From assembly GCA_964035575.1 (NCBI GenBank), contig OZ037845.1, positions 1,116,001 through 1,180,000 on the forward strand: a stretch of 64,000 nt of DNA, given 5' to 3'. Below, piece after piece: positions 1 to 12,609 of the stretch. Below the pieces are notes generated by a model, which was not told the origin of the DNA, ran no database searches, and saw only the letters and a program-made list of their open reading frames with translations. The position numbers and the translations under genes were made by a program. Position 1 is the stretch's first letter, and every line of letters begins with the position of its first letter. Source of the DNA: Rhynchopus sp. YZ270_cl-10 (lineage: Eukaryota).

Positions 1-526
1 CCCAGAGGACTTCTTCCCCGCGGAAGGTCCAGAACGCAGTCTTCTCGATCTGCACAATGCAGTGCAGGAGTGTGGTGGTCCTATCCACCACCCCGATGCT
101 CCTACCTTCCGTTGCAGAATGGGGGTCTCCCTACGCGATGCTTGGGAAGAAAGAACGCAGACCGGAAGTCCGTTTTTTCATGGGGAAGGGGGTATGGAGG
201 CGTCGTTGTTGTGTGGGTCTGCGCATCCAGGGGAGGTGCTGTGCTCGCCGATGGTGACAGAAGCGGTAGGGGTGCGTGCGTTTATCAGAGAGAGTGGTGC
301 AACGTTTAAAAATAGGCCGTTGAAGCTGCACTGTGCAGCGCTGCAGCAGCATGTGAGGTTGGTAGAATACGAAGAGGAGCCGACGTCGGTGTTCCCACCC
401 ACGCCGTGCACATCAACCCTCGGGGATGCAAGTGGAAACTATTCTGGGCACAACCCAAATTGGTGGCTACCCTACGCCGCAGTCGATCCGGCCTTACTGA
501 AAATCTCCTTGCGAGATGAAAGATAA
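1..526 (+). CDS. 3' end of a gene (5' truncated by window edge); degenerate class III nucleotide cyclase-like domain
   Basis: Frame is open from base 2 to TAA at 524-526. RCRMGVS...FFHGEGGMEASLLCGSAHPGEVLCS follows the spacing of the cyclase RIGIH...G..VN.AARLE..A.GG.ILVS motif but lacks the catalytic N and R. Confidence 0.5.
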   Translation, partial: PEDFFPAEGPERSLLDLHNAVQECGGPIHHPDAPTFRCRMGVSLRDAWEERTQTGSPFFHGEGGMEASLLCGSAHPGEVLCSPMVTEAVGVRAFIRESGATFKNRPLKLHCAALQQHVRLVEYEEEPTSVFPPTPCTSTLGDASGNYSGHNPNWWLPYAAVDPALLKISLRDER

Positions 527-664
527 CACCATATAAATAAAATCCCGTTTCCGCTGGATTTGGCATCTTTTTTAAAATAGTGGAATAGAATATCACGGTA
601 GTTTTTTACGTCCCCCCCTTCCACCTCTAATAACCCCTCAATTTCTACAGGGCTCACCCCCAAT

Positions 665-1989
665 ATGGGTGTACCCAGGTACAGTATATGTGCGATGGTG
701 GTGGTGCTGTGTGTAGAGGGGCTGCCACCACCACCACCTCTTGAGGTGGATGTGGAGGAGTTTGATGAACGTCTGGCAGAGTTGCAGCAGGACCCTGATG
801 TGACGAGTGACGAGCGGGAGTTGGCGATGGGAAGCAACCACATCCACTCCAAGGACATCACCTCTCAATGCGTGGTGCACGACGGTACGCGGTTATGCAA
901 ACAGGATGTGGAGGAGCCGACGTGCCCAATTCAGTTCTACCGTACTGCGTATCTGAAGTGCGCAAGAAAGGTGGCGAGCGTCACTGCAGGCGCAGACAAC
1001 GATGTCGCAGCAAAGCTGAGACAGGTCTGGTACACAGACGAACGATGTCTCATCCACCGCACCGTCTGCATCATCACCCATCCTGAGGCTCAGACACAAT
1101 ATTCCGATGAAGTGTTCGACTTCACCCCAATGTGCAAGGAGCGGGTGGTCTTTGAGTACCGCTATCAGCATGGGGATGTCGACAGTGCGAATGTGACCAC
1201 CACCGACATCCAGAACAGCGCGACGAACATGAAGTACGGTACGGAGTATTTGGTCATGCGGGTCAACCTGAGGGGGCAACCACAGTCGGACATCTTCTTA
1301 GAGCTCATCGTGTACGAAAGGGATGCGGAGGGGAGGATCGTCGTTGCTCCGGAGGTGATGGACAGGGACACAGATAGGTCACATCTCAAACATGTACAGG
1401 GGGATATGACGGGTGTGTACGCGCACCTTAAGATGCGTATGCAGACATACCTGACACCGAACGGGACAGCGGAGAATTCGTCCTTATCATTTGACTTACA
1501 GTACAAAGTGACGGCGTTCCCCATGCTCTCGCACTGTAGTGCAGAGGACCAGCGTGCCTGGAACCAGACCCTCCTTGTCGTGGATGCTGTCGACACCAAA
1601 AGCTCTAACCCAACCCCCTGGGCTGCAGCAGGAGTCGTCGCAGCATTGTCTGTCGTCTGTGCGATCTGCAGCTTTCTGATTTCCTGTCTCGTTGCAAGAA
1701 GGCAACGGCGAGCCAAACAGCTTCGTGTCGTTGCAGTGACAGATCAAGGGGAAGTATGGTTTTTTTTTTTTTTTGTAAATCTTTCAAAAAAATATATGCA
1801 AAATTTTGTGTAAAATTTACATTTTAAAAAAATCTTTTCTCACCCTTTCTTCTTCCACAGCGTGCCGATGCTGATACTCTCAACGAGGTTGCTATTCCCT
1901 TACCATTCCCACACCCTTTCGTTGTTGGCATCCCTTTACCCGACAATTTCGACATCAATGTCGACAATCCCCCAACAGAAGCACCCTAG
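665..1989 (+). CDS. Type-I membrane protein of an unrecognised family, paralog 1; exons 665-1753 and 1861-1989
   Basis: Signal-peptide-like N-terminus, Cys-patterned ectodomain shared with paralogs 2 and 3, TM segment WAAAGVVAALSVVCAICSFLISCLVA followed by RRQRR. A phase-0 GT..CAG intron (1754-1860) restores a Pro-rich tail ending at TAG 1987-1989. Confidence 0.8.
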
Positions 1990-2774
1990 AATGGGTGAGG
2001 GTGGGTCATCGTTTAATCTTCACTAAATTTTAAGAGGATTTTTTTTTCTCTAATTTCATCATAACAACGATTGTGATCTAGGTGACTACGCGCAAAAGAG
2101 GCTTAGGTTCATCTTTTATAAACTTCTTTCCCCCCCCCCCCCTTTTCATTCAGTTCTGGTTCGTTCTTTTGCTACCTTTTTTTTTTCTACCGTTTCCGTA
2201 CCTTTCTGCCATTCTTCACTTTCTGTTCAGTGCCTGCGTCCGCCGATGTACGGTGAGGCGTTTTCACTTTTCAACTTTTTTTCTATTTGCCAGCTTTGTT
2301 GGCAACGTCCATTCCCCCTATTTTGCATCTTTCTTTTTTTCGTTTTTTTTTGGGGATAATGAACTCCCCCCTACCCATCCCTGCGAGGGAAATGGCAGAC
2401 CGATGTCTCTCCCGCCGGAAAGGTGAAGGAGGGAAAAAAAGTGTACACGAATATTGGTGTTTTCAACTAAGGGTAGAATTTTATCTCAGGACATGCCTCG
2501 TTGAGAGCGCCAAACACCCCCCCTCCCCCTTCCCCCTTTGATGGTCAGTCTAGTGGTTTGTACATATTTTCCTATTTTTATAAGATATGTGCGGACGAGA
2601 GAGGCATATTCATTCACATTTTTCTATTTTTTCTATTAAGGTGCCTCCTCAGGTTTGTCATCTTAAACCAGCTTTTTTTTTTTAAACACAACGTTGAGAC
2701 TGTCTTTCGTGTTAAGGAGGACAACTCCACTAGAGGAATGCACCCTACGGTATCTATTGGTCGTAGGGTATGCA

Positions 2775-2909
2775 TAATGGTGGCAGTATTCTGATGGGAA
2801 GCCCATTGGAATACGCAAAATACACCAAAATACATCACAATACATATTGTGATGTGTTTTGATGTATTTTGCGTATTCCAATGGACTCCCCATCAGAATA
2901 CTACCATTA
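2775..2909. repeat. ~135 bp near-perfect palindrome (foldback or mini-MITE)
   Basis: TAATGGT..AGTATTCTGATGGG..CCATTGGAATACGCAAAATACA..CATCACAATA is followed by its reverse complement. Confidence 0.75.
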
Positions 2910-5900
2910 GGTGTGCATCCCTCGGGGGGCTTGTATCGTACAGTGGGTTGCCTCAATAGCTACCCATGTCTTATTGATCTAATCCTTTTCCCCATCCATG
3001 TACACTATCCATGCTGAACGCACAATGCCATATTTGGACCCATATTTGTTAGCGGGTCTTGTCTCTACCAACAAAAGGGTGTTATGTCCCCGCAAAAGGC
3101 GCAAACACCGTTTCATATATTAGGGTGATTAAGCACTACAGACTTATCATCTTAACCTATTCTTTGTACGAAAGAGGCACATATTTTCAAGGTTTTTTTT
3201 TGGGGGGGGTAATCCCTCTACGTCCACAGTTTTGTTTCCTCGGGGGAGGCTTTGTGTGGTTTAGCATGCCACACTGGAGTATCGGGGGGCATATGTCTGT
3301 CTTTGTGTCTGTAATGGGGTTGAAGGTTTTTGGTAGCTTTGTCTTTGTCCCCCTCTCCCAATCACTCTCCCACTTCCCGTGTCTTCCCTCCCCCCGTGTC
3401 AACTCGTGGGCAATGTTCCCAGGAATTAATGTAATGCTTGATTTTTTGAAATTTTTTGAAAAAAAATTAACATACCTCTCTCCTACTACTCAACCCATTT
3501 CTTCTGCATTTCTACCTTTACGTTTTTTTTTTTTGTATTGAACGACTCTCAGATGCTGCATATTCCAGTATGTCTATTACAGTCCAAAGAAATTTGACAT
3601 TCAAATTTGGCGGGTATTTTGACGCCTTTTTTGGACGCCAAACACATTTGGACCTATTGTACGTTCCTGTTGTCTGTTTGCCCTTTGATGTGTACCTACC
3701 TGTCTATTCTAGATGACAACAATGAGCAAGGCTTAGGTAGGTTACTACCACCCTTAAACATGTGCAAGGTGGCGGGAGGCACATTGTCATCACGCTTTTT
3801 CTATTCTTCCCCTCCCGAAGAATATTAGATTCATATACTTTCAATTCTGTGAATTGAAAGTATATGAATCTAATATTCTTCCCCTCTTCTTTAGTACCTC
3901 ATTTGATGACATAGTCCAAAAACTATCTAAGGGTAAACCCTCTAAGTTGAAAAACCCAAAATCCACCTTAGTTTTTAACCCTGTGTGTTTTAGCCCTCTG
4001 ATGTTTCTACTACGTTATGTGTGTGTAAATGTGGTTAATTTTTACACAAAAAAAAAACTATTATTGTGTCATCCCTGTGGTCCATCATATCTTTCTAATG
4101 TTATTTGCTTGGAGTCAAATCACCTCCACTCAAATGACACAACCTTGTTTTCTTCCATGCGCAACACTCCGGGGGTTCGATAACCCGCGGAGTGTCAGTG
4201 CTTGCGTCCCAGAGGCGTTTGCACTATCAACTTCACTTTCTTTTTACTATAGACCCAACCCTCATCTTTCAGGTTCATTTTTTTGAACAGTTTTATGAAG
4301 TGAAATAAGAAGCAATTTTTCTCCTTCCAAAAGGTATTGTACAGGGAAAAATAAATGACAGTGTAAAGAAAGATGTTATTTGCCAGCGTTCAGCCATAAT
4401 CCATCTATTGTGGGTAGCATCACGGCACTGTCCGATCAGACAAACCGTAGATACCAGGGACTAATGGGAGTTCCTGGCAAAGCTCCATTGGAGAGTTGAG
4501 CATTTTTTGGGATGTGCACAGACATTGACCTGATTTTGGTGAAATTTGCCTGAAATTTGGTGAAAAAGGAGGAGTTTGGTGGGATGTAAACAAACTCCAC
4601 CAAAAATTCAAGCGAAAAAAAATCTGGCACATCCCTCAGAGGCACATACATCTTTCAAATTTACCCCCCTTTTTTTTTACCCTGCAATACGTTCTGAACG
4701 TTCCAAGGAAATACTCTACACAGTTGACCCATTTTTCCTATCTTCTAACGAGACCCTGTTACATGCATGTCTTCTGTGCAAGACGTGTCTGCAAATACAT
4801 TAGGTGTCCACATCTTAAACCATCCGCTATCCCTTCCTACTATTTACTCAAGGTGTGACCTGGGGGAGGGGAGGGGCTCAGGCAAATGTGTGTTTCAGTG
4901 AAGCATATGTATCTTAAGTTTTTCTATTTAGTTGTACACAGCTTTCGCCCTAAAAGAGTGAGGCTTGGGTTCATCTTACGAACCTCTTTTTTCTTTTTCG
5001 CTTTTTTCAAAAAAAGAAGTGGCGGGACATGTTCCTGTCTTTTACTTTACAAAAAAAAAGGGTATATTTTTTTTCTACGCGATCCCGACCTGGGGTTAAC
5101 GGTTCCTATTAGCAATCCTTGTTTTGTGTGCTGTTCGTCGGGTAGGGAAGGGGTCGCTATCGAGCAAATGCAAACGAGACTGGTGTGGCTGAAAGGGGGT
5201 GCTATTTTCTGCTATTTTGGGGTCGTCAGCCACACCAGAGACGTTATATATTTTTCTTTTTTTTTGGGGGGGGGCCTTTTTTGGAAAGGGTTTTGACGCG
5301 TCGTTCTATGGCAGTCTGTTCCCTTTGGGGGGTTTTTTTCTCCTGTTCTACGTCTTGCATTTGTTATGTTGTGTGCGGGTGGAGAAGTTTTGCAAGATGT
5401 ATGTGCAACTAAGTGCGTTCATCTTTCAGAATTTTTCTTTTTTTTGTTTTTGTTTTTGTTTCGGTTTGTGTTTATTTTTGCTTATTATTTGACACAGAGT
5501 CACAGAGCACCTAGTGGTCTTTGCATCTATATTGGAGGTTCCGGGGTATGGTCAGCTCCCCTATAGTTTGAGCTGTGCATCAAACTGGGACGCTATCCTT
5601 CTCCGTGAAACGTTCACCACACAAGTTCTCAACTATTATACGTGCAACGGTGTTGCACTCTACATATTGTTTATTTATTTTTCTTCTAGTACTGCCTGCG
5701 TCCGCCGGTGTCCGGTGAGGCGTTTTGCAGGGACAACTCTTTTTCTAGTTTTTTTTCTTATACATTCAAGGAGATGTGCACAAATTTGGCACAAATTCTT
5801 TTTTTCAGTTTTCGTTCTACATCAGCCTATTCTATCCTATCACGTTCCTTTCCGTTTCCTTCCTATGCTGCCATATTCCTATGCGTTCAGTGCTTGCATA

Positions 5901-6527
5901 TGGCACAGTCCATAAACCCACCCCCCTAAAAGGTAACCTTTTGAATTTTTTTTCACATTAGATAACTTCCACTCGGACTTTTTGCTCGATTTTTGCTCCT
6001 TTGAACTCAGAATAACGTTTCTGAGGTCACAGGAGCAAAAATCGAGCAAAAAGTCCGAGTGGAAGATAGATGGATTAACGTCGAGAGGTAAAAAAACTAA
6101 TTGGGAATTGGGTTTTGCGTTAGTTTCGTGGGTAAACCGTTTCCCAAAAAATATTTTTCATTATTTGTGACACTTCTGAGCATCTCCTGGTGGAAACCAC
6201 TTCCAGAATAGGCCTGGGGCACCCTGTGGGGTGAAATTTCACCAGTTGTCCACCCCAGAACTCGAAAAAATGCAAAAAAGTAGTGAAAAAGTAGCTTTTC
6301 GCAGCCCACTCAAAACCCAATGCCCAATTAGTTTTTTTACCTCTCGACGTTAATCCATCTATCTTCCACTCGGACTTTTTGCTCGATTTTTGCTCCTGTG
6401 ACCTCAGAAACGTTATTCTGAGTTCAAAGGAGCAAAAATCGAGCAAAAAGTCCGAGTGGAAGTTATCTAATGTGAAAAAAAATTCAAAAGGTTACCTTTT
6501 AGGGGGGTGGGTTTATGGACTGTGCCA
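5901..6527. mobile_element. MITE/foldback element with ~205 bp TIRs, each containing an internal hairpin
   Basis: TGGCACAGTCCATAAACCC...GGGTTTATGGACTGTGCCA flanked by TA (CATATG on both sides). The left arm (~5901-6105) is the reverse complement of the right arm (~6323-6527). Confidence 0.85.
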
Positions 6528-6650
6528 TATGCTTTGCATGTCTAGTACGCATTCTCATTACAAAATAAAGTATGATTGTTTTTTTGGTTACAACCCCACC
6601 ACACCTGACCCCATGTGCTTCTGCAGAGGAAAAAAAAAGCGTAACAAACA

Positions 6651-8304
6651 ATGATGATGCTTGCTGCCCTGTCTGTCGCGGCTCTTGCTGCTGATGCTGA
6701 GCACTTTATGCGTATGGAAGTTCCCCACTCAGTGAACCAGGGTCACAGTGATGCAACAGGGTTCAAAGTGCATGGCTTGGAGGCAAGGGACGCCGACACA
6801 CAGCAAAGCACGAACAGGAAGGCCGAGTGTTTCCAGCATCGTGGCAAAACTGTGTGTGCACAGACGGACACCAGCAACCCAACGTGCCCCATCCAGTTCA
6901 TCCGCGCCGCGCATATGAGTTGTGTCAGCACAGTGCATGAGCTCAACAGAAAGGGCGAGAAGAACACACAGAACACAACCATCACGTTGTTCTGGTGGAC
7001 CGACCCTACCTGCATGGTGCACAAGACGTTGTGCGAGATTGCGCACCCTGTGCACTCTGCGCAGTCGGAGGAAGAGTTGTACGACTTCTCCGGCGCCTGT
7101 GAGGAGAGCGCTCATGTGCAGTTCCACTACCACTACAACGTGGAGCAGGGGGACAGGGTCGTTGTCATGAACCGGGATGCGACGGCGAACTTCAAGCTTG
7201 GGGAGGAGCTGCTTATCTTTCAGCTGAAGAACAACAGCCAGCCTGTTTTTGAGCAGCACACCTCTGTTAGGCTCTATGAGCGTGACTCCGCTGGACGTGT
7301 CACGTACTCTACACCTAACCTGGACCAGAGCAGACTCGCACCACGCACCAACGACATGTCAGGCCTCTACGCGCAGATCGCCAGCAAATACGATATTTAC
7401 GTCCTCTTCGAAGGCGAGTTCGTCTCCGTCACCGACAGGTACACAGCCAACTTCCGTGTCACCAGCTACCCCGTCCTCCCGGCGTGCTCCGCTGAGCAGA
7501 GGGACACATGGCAGGACATCGTCGTGTACAAGGAGAAGGACGACGACAGCAAGGCCGGCGTTGTCATTGGTGTCATTGCAGGTACGTTCCCCCACCCCCA
7601 ACCAACTACAGTAAACCTCGAATACGCGGATAGGATCGCTTAGTCAAAAACACACATTGTGGGTTAGGCAAGGCTCCAATTTCCTTGTCTTCTAATATAA
7701 TTTGTATCTCATTTATAAACCCTTCCTTTCACACAGCGATTGTCGTGCTGGTGGCATGCGTGAGCTTCGGGATACACTACTGCATCTTCCAAAAGAAGCG
7801 CCATGTGGAGAAGACGAACGAGGCTGTTGAGTCGAACCGTGTTGATGTATGTCACCACCGCCACCCATTTCCTCACACCCCCCCTAACCCTTTTGGCTCT
7901 ACTTTGCATAAGCAGGGGTGTCACCACCACCACCACCCACCCCTATCACTGTATCATTTATCCCAATACATCCATTTTAATGTTATCTTCGAAGGGCAAC
8001 TTGACTACCCTGCCGGTAGGTTGGCCACCTCTCTTGCCCACATCACACCTTTCATCGTTATTTCATCAAATACCCCTCTTTTGACCAACAGGTGGGCCAA
8101 GCCCCGGTTGTTCTCGGAACTGCTGCAGGGGTTGCAAACCCATACGAGATGCCGCCTGGTGTTGTTGTGGAAGGTGTCCTGGTCCAGTCGGGTGTTCCTG
8201 TGCAGCCTGTTCAGGGTGCGCAGGTGATGACGGAGTGCACAGCGGCACCGCTGCCCCCACAGTCTTGCACTGTCTCTGCAGACTGCCAGGACACACAGCA
8301 GTAG
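6651..8304 (+). CDS. Type-I membrane protein, paralog 2; exons 6651-7581, 7737-7846, 8092-8304
   Basis: Signal peptide and the shared C..D..PTCPIQF.R.A...C/WW.D..C..H.T.C...HP/YDF...CEE/DM.GLY domain. Two GT-AG introns join the TM (GVVIGVIAAIVVLVACVSFGIHY) and the cytoplasmic tail in frame. Confidence 0.85.
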
Positions 8305-10726
8305 TGTGTGGTGGTCCTATTTTGACTATTTCTGTTGAAATGAATAGAAGGATCGTGGGGAGGTTTGTCGTATGGGGGCAAGCCAGACTTTTTGGTGTGT
8401 GATAATTGAGTTTACTTTCTCCTTTGCTTAGTGCGTTTATTTTGGATTTTTTTGTTGTTTTTTCCCTATATTCATCGCAAGTTTTGCCGCCCACAAAAGG
8501 GTGCAAAGTGTATTACACAGTGGTAGCTTTTAACATAGAACTGTTGAGGGTGTTAGAGTAATTGTAGTCAGTTTCCGCCGTCTCTTCTCTGCGAAGGTCA
8601 ATGTGTTGGTAACACAACTCGAAGTTCGAACCAACAATTCTTTGTCCCACAGTTCAAATAAACAAAACAAAAAAAGGTGGATATTGCACAATTGTGGCAA
8701 CATAACTGAGGCAACTACACTAATCCAACAATTTATCACAAAAAAAAACGGAAGAACGGAAAAATGATGTAAAGGCAGTTGCCATATCACATTGCCCCTC
8801 ATTCATATTGTAACGAACAAAATTGCAAATAAAAATATAAGTTGTCTTCAAAGTAGTTTCATTGGGTTGAGGAATGATCTGCATCTTCTTCCTTCGAAAT
8901 TTCATTTAGCGGATGACTGTACAGAACCCCGTCTTCGGACAAAAGGTGATTGTCGATACAAAAAAAAAAAGTGTTATAAAAACAATAGCTGTGTGCATTG
9001 TAGTGCAGTTTTCTTTTAGTTTCTAGTTTTTTTTCTTCTTTAAGGTTTGTGTTTCCAGTTGGGTTTCATCGACACCTTTTCTTTTACGCTGCTTTTTTTT
9101 AATGTGGTCAGCGGTCCACGGGAACCCCGTGAATCACAAAAAGAACCCTGGAGGGGGGACCTAGGTTGCTGCCCGCACCAATTATGAATTTAGTTTGAAA
9201 AGGGCACGATGTTTCGGCTTATCTTACCAACTCTTCTTTTCCCCCCCACCACATTTTTTTCCAGCCTTTTTATACACAGTGTTCATGAAGTATGGGACGG
9301 AGTTACAGTGATCCAAGAACATAGGGGTGGATATTTTTAGATGTGTGTGCACGAGAGGCACATTATCATCTTTTCAAAATTTCTTTTTTTGGGGGTTTTC
9401 ATAACCCTAACGAAAAAAGAACAGTTTATATTCCTCCCCCTGCCGAGGTTTCTTGTATTACATTCGCACCCTCTATGCCTTTTCGTTTAGAAAAGAATGT
9501 ATATGAAGTCATTGTATTACCTTCTCTCCTTTCCGGAGAGGCTCATCCGCACCTGGATAGGGTAGCTATTCCTCAGATTTTCCTTTTATACCATCGAAAA
9601 ACCAAAAGGAGAATTGACTCTGTTTTGGCAAAAAAAATAGCAACTCTCATTTTAAAAAAAAACTGGCGACTTTTATGTTGTCTATAACCAAACAAAAAAC
9701 AGTGGAGATTGCACAAACTGTGGCAACACAACCGAGGCAACTACACTACTCCAACAATTTATCAAAAAAAGAAAAACTTTATGCCATCGAACATGCTAAG
9801 CAACACTGATCATACTATATACTATGCTCCCCTTAACTCTCTGCTCTCTTTACCCACATCACAATGCTCAAAGCAAAATATGTGTGAAAAATTCGTTGGT
9901 CAACTGTACTATTTTTTAAACTACAGTACAAAAATACAATTGCGGGTCAGTGCACATTACCCCCGTATCAGGAAAAGTGCCAAGGCATATCTTGAGGCAG
10001 GTAGTCCATTTTTTTTCTGCCCATCATCCAAGAATGGGTGCGGTGCATGACAATGATTACACTAGAACCAACATATTATCAAAAAAGCAGAAGAAACAAT
10101 TGTGGCAAACCCATTTCTTCGGATTTGGGTGATGCATCAATTAAAAAAAACCCCCCCTTACTGTGGAACAAAGGTTTTCAAATAAAATAGTAAGTATCTC
10201 TTCCCCCCCACCTACGTTTTTGGTTTTTTTTTTTTTTTTTTTTTGTATGTGTGCATTACATCCGTTCCTTTTACCGTCATATATCCATTTTTTTCTTCAG
10301 AATTTTTGGGGGTAGTCCCCCTTTATACTGTAACCGGCGCGGCCTGGTTAAGTTTTGGTTTTGGTTTGAAGCAGCTGCGAGGCTTAGTGTCATCTTTCAA
10401 AACCTTTTTCCCCCCTTTTTTTTTTGTGCTTTCACCCGGATGGCTGGCATCGTACAGTGGGTCAGTCGGAGGTGTGCCTGCATCAACTACAGTTTTCTTT
10501 TCTTTTCAAACCCCGCATAGTGCTTTGTGGGCTCCCCCTCTCCCCCCCTTATAATATGAATGGGAGCAATATATGTGCTACATTCTCTCACATGCTCTTC
10601 TGTTCTCTTGAATTGAAAGTACAGTACTCCAAAAGCTAACTTAGCGTACAAATAAGTTTGGATATTTGGGGATTTTTTTGGGGGGTAATTTTGGCAACGT
10701 TTTTTTTTTTTTTGCCAAACATAGGG

Positions 10727-10843
10727 ACCACCCGATTTTTACCCCGCGTAAAGGCGTGTATAGGCGTGAAGAGGACCGGATAGGCATATGCGGACCGTCC
10801 GTACACGCCTTTCGCCTATACGCGGGGTAAAAAACCAGGTGGT
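10727..10843. mobile_element. ~117 bp mini inverted-repeat element
   Basis: ACCACC..TTTTTACCCCGCGTA ... TACGCGGGGTAAAAA..GGTGGT inverted termini. TSD not clear. Confidence 0.6.
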
Positions 10844-12609
10844 AGGAGTATTGATAAATGAATCAACCTGCATGAGTTCATCCAGGTAATTCGCCTTTGA
10901 AGTTTTCTTTTAGTGCCTTCAGGTAACCATGCCGAGCAAGGCTTAAGGGTCATCATACCAACTTTTTCTCCGCTCTCTTTCTGGGTTCTCTGTGCGATCT
11001 TCCGATATCGACCGTTTCCACCTGAACCGTGGGTGTACGGTCTGTCTAAACATTTCTTGTCTTTGAAAAAAATATGCTGTGTTTGTACTAAATACTCAAA
11101 GCCTGTAGTTTATAACAATTCTGACCGAGTACTCTGTTAATAAGGGTTTTCTTTGGGTATTTGTTTGGTTGACTAAGTAAGAGATGTTTCGGCTAGTGCC
11201 TTATCGTTTTTTTTTTTTTTGTTTGATTTTGTGCATAGTGGACTATCTGGCTGCTGTATTCATTGAGGTTGTCAGAGCAATAAAAAAAAGATTTAATAGT
11301 GTCAAAGTGAAGACTGTCAGCTAAAGCCTACCGAAAACCAGAAGCACATTTTTTTTTCTCTCCCGCTGGAGTTCAGTAACCCAGGGAGTGTGCTTTGGGA
11401 CACGAGAGGGGGGTTTTCGCTGTCAATTTCACCCTTTTTTTTTTTTTTTTTGCCTGCAATTTGTGCAATCAGCCCAATCAGCCTGCGGCCCAAGCAGCTT
11501 GCAGCGCTGTACGGTGTTTTTTGAGAATACCAGCGATACACCCAGAAAAAAAAAAAAAGCACTCTTTGCGTGATATATTGGCCGTCTTACAAATGCGCTC
11601 AACATCGTTTTTTTTTTCTCTTCCAAGAACGAAAAAGAAAGAAAAAAATGAAGTTTTCAAGGTTTCCTTCTAGTGTTCTGCGTTTCGGTGTATAGGCGTT
11701 ATGCACTTTCAAGCTCTCTCTTTCTTTCCTTGTTTGCGGCAGCCACTGTACTCTGTACGAGACGTTTTTATTTGCATCTTATCCCTGCCAGTTTACTAGG
11801 TGACAAAGCATGTGAGGCTATTGATTCATCTTACCAAGCTTTTTTGTGTACATACCGTCTATTCAGTAGAATAGAAAGTATATGAAATAACGTGTTTATG
11901 CCTACAATCCGTTGAGCCCGTTCATCCCTGAAGTGTGTGCATAACCTTTTATGTGCACGGGTGGCACATACATTTTTTTTTTTTCCAAGTTTTTTTTTTC
12001 TTTTTTTCTCATCCCGGAGCAAATCACATTCCAGAGAAGTCTGAAACACCGCACCGGTTAATGACCCACAGACACACAACTCTTATTGCAAGAGCAGGAG
12101 GGGGTGCGTTTTTTTCCCCTTCCAGTGCCTGCGTCCCAGGGGCGTTTGCACTATCAACCTTCACTTTTTTTTTTGCGATGTGTGTGCACGTGAGGCACAT
12201 TCATCTTACAAGCTTTCTTTTTTCCCCTCACCTTTACCTTTCACCTTCGATCCTTTCTTTCCTCCGCGAACCTCCCCCCACAACCCACCTTCGTGTCTTT
12301 TATACTTTGGGTGATATTGTGTTAGGCACACTATGAGAATGAAAAAAAATGTATCCCTTTTTCTATACATCACTCAGCATCACTCCTGAACAACTGTCTC
12401 GACGAAGAGACACCCCATTCTTCAAACCTAGCGTGTTCCAACACGAGAGGCACATTCATCTTACCAAGCTTCCTTTTCTTAAAGGTGGCTAAGCACAGAG
12501 AGGCTTTGGTTTATCTCACCATTTTTCTTTTAATTTTTTGTAAACTCCTTCCTCAATTACATCCCTTAGGCGGTTTAAAGAGGGGTATTTATATAAAAAC
12601 CTCACAAAA

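Noticed and set aside
5902..5912. CACAGT terminus as a Transib/RSS-like end
   Set aside because: There is no 5-bp direct TSD at that boundary. The inverted match extends further out to a TA/CATATG site.
5982..6446. Mirror-image ORFs MLDFCSFELR... on both strands (also within 31.2-32.4 kb)
   Set aside because: They are artefacts of terminal inverted repeats.
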